Shown here in pieces: positions 59,432 through 61,528 of a DNA stretch of 61,528 nucleotides. The translations under genes were made by a program, and so were the position numbers. The notes beneath the pieces were generated by a model. It saw only the letters and a list, made by a program, of their open reading frames with translations. It was not told where the DNA came from and ran no database searches. The DNA is taken from the sequence record SRR20825006_860. One strand, given 5' to 3'. The first letter of the stretch is position 1. Each line of letters begins with the position of its first letter.

Positions 59432-60655
59432 ATGAAACATCTTCCCTATATTCTGCCCGCTCTGCTGCTGGGGGCCTGTGGCGCGGACATCCAACCGGAA
59501 GAACCGGCCACACCGCGCGAAATTCATGAACGCGTTCTTGTGATGGATTCGCATCTGGACACGCCCGCAAATTTCTCAAAACCGGACTTCGATATTCTCG
59601 CTGACAACCCTTCGCGAATTGGACAAGTTCAAGTCGACCTGCCCAAAATGGAGCGAGGGGGGCTTGATGGCGGGTTCTGGGTGATATTCACCCCGCAGGG
59701 GCCTTTGGATGAAGCGTCGTATGAGGCGGCGAAACAGGCAGCGTTCACACGATCAGACGATATCCTCGCAATGGTCGAGGCCCATCCGGACGCATTCGAA
59801 CTGGCCTACACGGCTGATGATGCTGAGCGCATCGTTGCGGAGGGCAAGCGGATCGTCTTCCAGTCGATCGAGAACAGCTACCCGCTCGGCACTGACCTGA
59901 CCGTGCTTGAGGATTTCTATGAACGTGGTGTGCGACTCGTTGGGCCGGTGCATTTTCGGGACAACCAATTTGCGGACAGCGCCACAGATTTGTCAGCGAC
60001 GGACCTCGGTGGGCTAACTCCGCTTGGAGAAGAATTGGTTCGGGAGGCCAATCGGCTCGGCATGATGGTTGATGGCTCGCATGCTGCCGACTCGGCCGTT
60101 GAGGACATCATGGAAATCTCCACGACTCCGATCGTGCTGTCACATTCCGGCGTGAAAGCCCTGTACGACCATCCCCGGAACATTCCGGATGATCTGTTGC
60201 GGCGTGTCGCGGAAAACGGCGGCGTTATCCAGATGAATGCCCTTGGATCATATATCGAGAATCTCGAGCCCCCTGCAGAACGCACGACCGCGCTGGAAGA
60301 ACTGGCTGCCTCGTATGAGGGACGTTCGCCTTTCGACCTTACCGACGAAGAGCGCAAGCAGTACATGGCACGCCGTGGCGAAATCGATTCGGCCTATCCA
60401 ATGCCGCTTTCCTCGTTTGAAGTGTTCATGGAGCAAATGCTGTATGCGCTTGAGATCGTTGGACCGGAACATGTCGGTATGGGCGCAGATTGGGATGGCG
60501 GCGGCGGCGTTGCCGGCATGGAGGACGTCTCTCTCTTGCCAAAGGTGACGGAACGCCTGCTGGAAGAGGGCTATACAGAAGCTGACCTGAAGAATATCTG
60601 GGGCGGAAACCTGCTTCGAATCATGCGCCAGGCCGAGGCAGCAAAGGCCCAATAG
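59432..60655 (+). CDS. Membrane dipeptidase (peptidase M19), predicted lipoprotein
   Basis: Lipobox LGAC, DSHLD, SIEN, VDGSH, SHSG, HPRN, GADWDGG, GGNLLR. Confidence 0.93.
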   Translation: MKHLPYILPALLLGACGADIQPEEPATPREIHERVLVMDSHLDTPANFSKPDFDILADNPSRIGQVQVDLPKMERGGLDGGFWVIFTPQGPLDEASYEAAKQAAFTRSDDILAMVEAHPDAFELAYTADDAERIVAEGKRIVFQSIENSYPLGTDLTVLEDFYERGVRLVGPVHFRDNQFADSATDLSATDLGGLTPLGEELVREANRLGMMVDGSHAADSAVEDIMEISTTPIVLSHSGVKALYDHPRNIPDDLLRRVAENGGVIQMNALGSYIENLEPPAERTTALEELAASYEGRSPFDLTDEERKQYMARRGEIDSAYPMPLSSFEVFMEQMLYALEIVGPEHVGMGADWDGGGGVAGMEDVSLLPKVTERLLEEGYTEADLKNIWGGNLLRIMRQAEAAKAQ

Positions 60656-60783
60656 GCTCATCAGGCCGGACTGAAGAAATTCGACCAGCGGTGACGTTGG
60701 AGTCTTGCAAAGAGACAGACCTCTATGTATGAGGCCTCTTTCCAATTCACGCGCATTTCGCGCCAAACCACTGGATACCTGTT

Positions 60784-60969
60784 ATGGCAGTTCCAAAGAG
60801 CAAGATCTCGAAGTCGCGCCGCGGCATGCGCCGTTCGCACGACCGGCTGGATATGAACACATATATCGAAGATGCGGAATCCGGTGAACTGCGCCGTCCG
60901 CACCACATCGACCTGAAAACCGGCATGTATCGCGGGCGTCAGGTACTTGAGCCACGTGACGATATCTAA
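60784..60969 (+). CDS. rpmF: 50S ribosomal protein L32 (Cys-less form)
   Basis: [19 protein letters not shown]...GELRRPHH...GMYRGRQV. Confidence 0.97.
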   Translation: MAVPKSKISKSRRGMRRSHDRLDMNTYIEDAESGELRRPHHIDLKTGMYRGRQVLEPRDDI

Positions 60970-61006
60970 ACGACCCGCTGTTGCGCTTTTGAGCGCGCAG
61001 CCTTAA

Positions 61007-61528
<522 letters not shown>

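Noticed and set aside
60784..60969. Zinc-free L32 and its separation from plsX
   Set aside because: Common state in alphaproteobacteria; not unusual.

Overview
This is a core-chromosome segment of a GC-rich alphaproteobacterium. A Caulobacterales/Hyphomonadaceae-like lineage is inferred from the PopA-like gene, GAFTGA-less NtrC, G-1-less tRNA-His, CtrA-like boxes and gene order. It holds about 60 CDS and one tRNA, in this order: glyA(partial)-nrdR-ribD(reductase only)-ribE-ribB(X)-ribH-nusB; epoxide hydrolase; erpA/dgt-SPOR-nagZ-scpA-scpB; a small accessory block (GT-C-like membrane protein, DUF1287, nitroreductase, CYP153-like P450); nth; DUF481; ATP-grasp; PfkB kinase; DsbA/HxlR; Aas-like ligase; lipA-ratA; pncC-ispDF; dusB-ntrBC-ntrYX-trkAH-hfq-hflX; mazG; lactonase; secE-nusG; tRNA-His; OmpA with a 31-proline linker; M20-astA-astD-astB-maiA; an LvaAB-like pair; recG; sdhE-mfd; popA-like; CoA-transferase; dipeptidase; rpmF; eno(partial). 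I saw no transposase, integrase, prophage, CRISPR array or defence system. The best unexplained signal is a ~300-nt multi-stem, apparently non-coding element between nusB and the epoxide hydrolase gene. Other leads are a candidate sRNA at ~59.2-59.37 kb, a rib cluster lacking two enzyme activities, tandem operators upstream of an orphan P450, an AST cluster with a candidate non-canonical desuccinylase, and several degenerate proteins. All family calls come from motif recognition by eye; no database searches were run.
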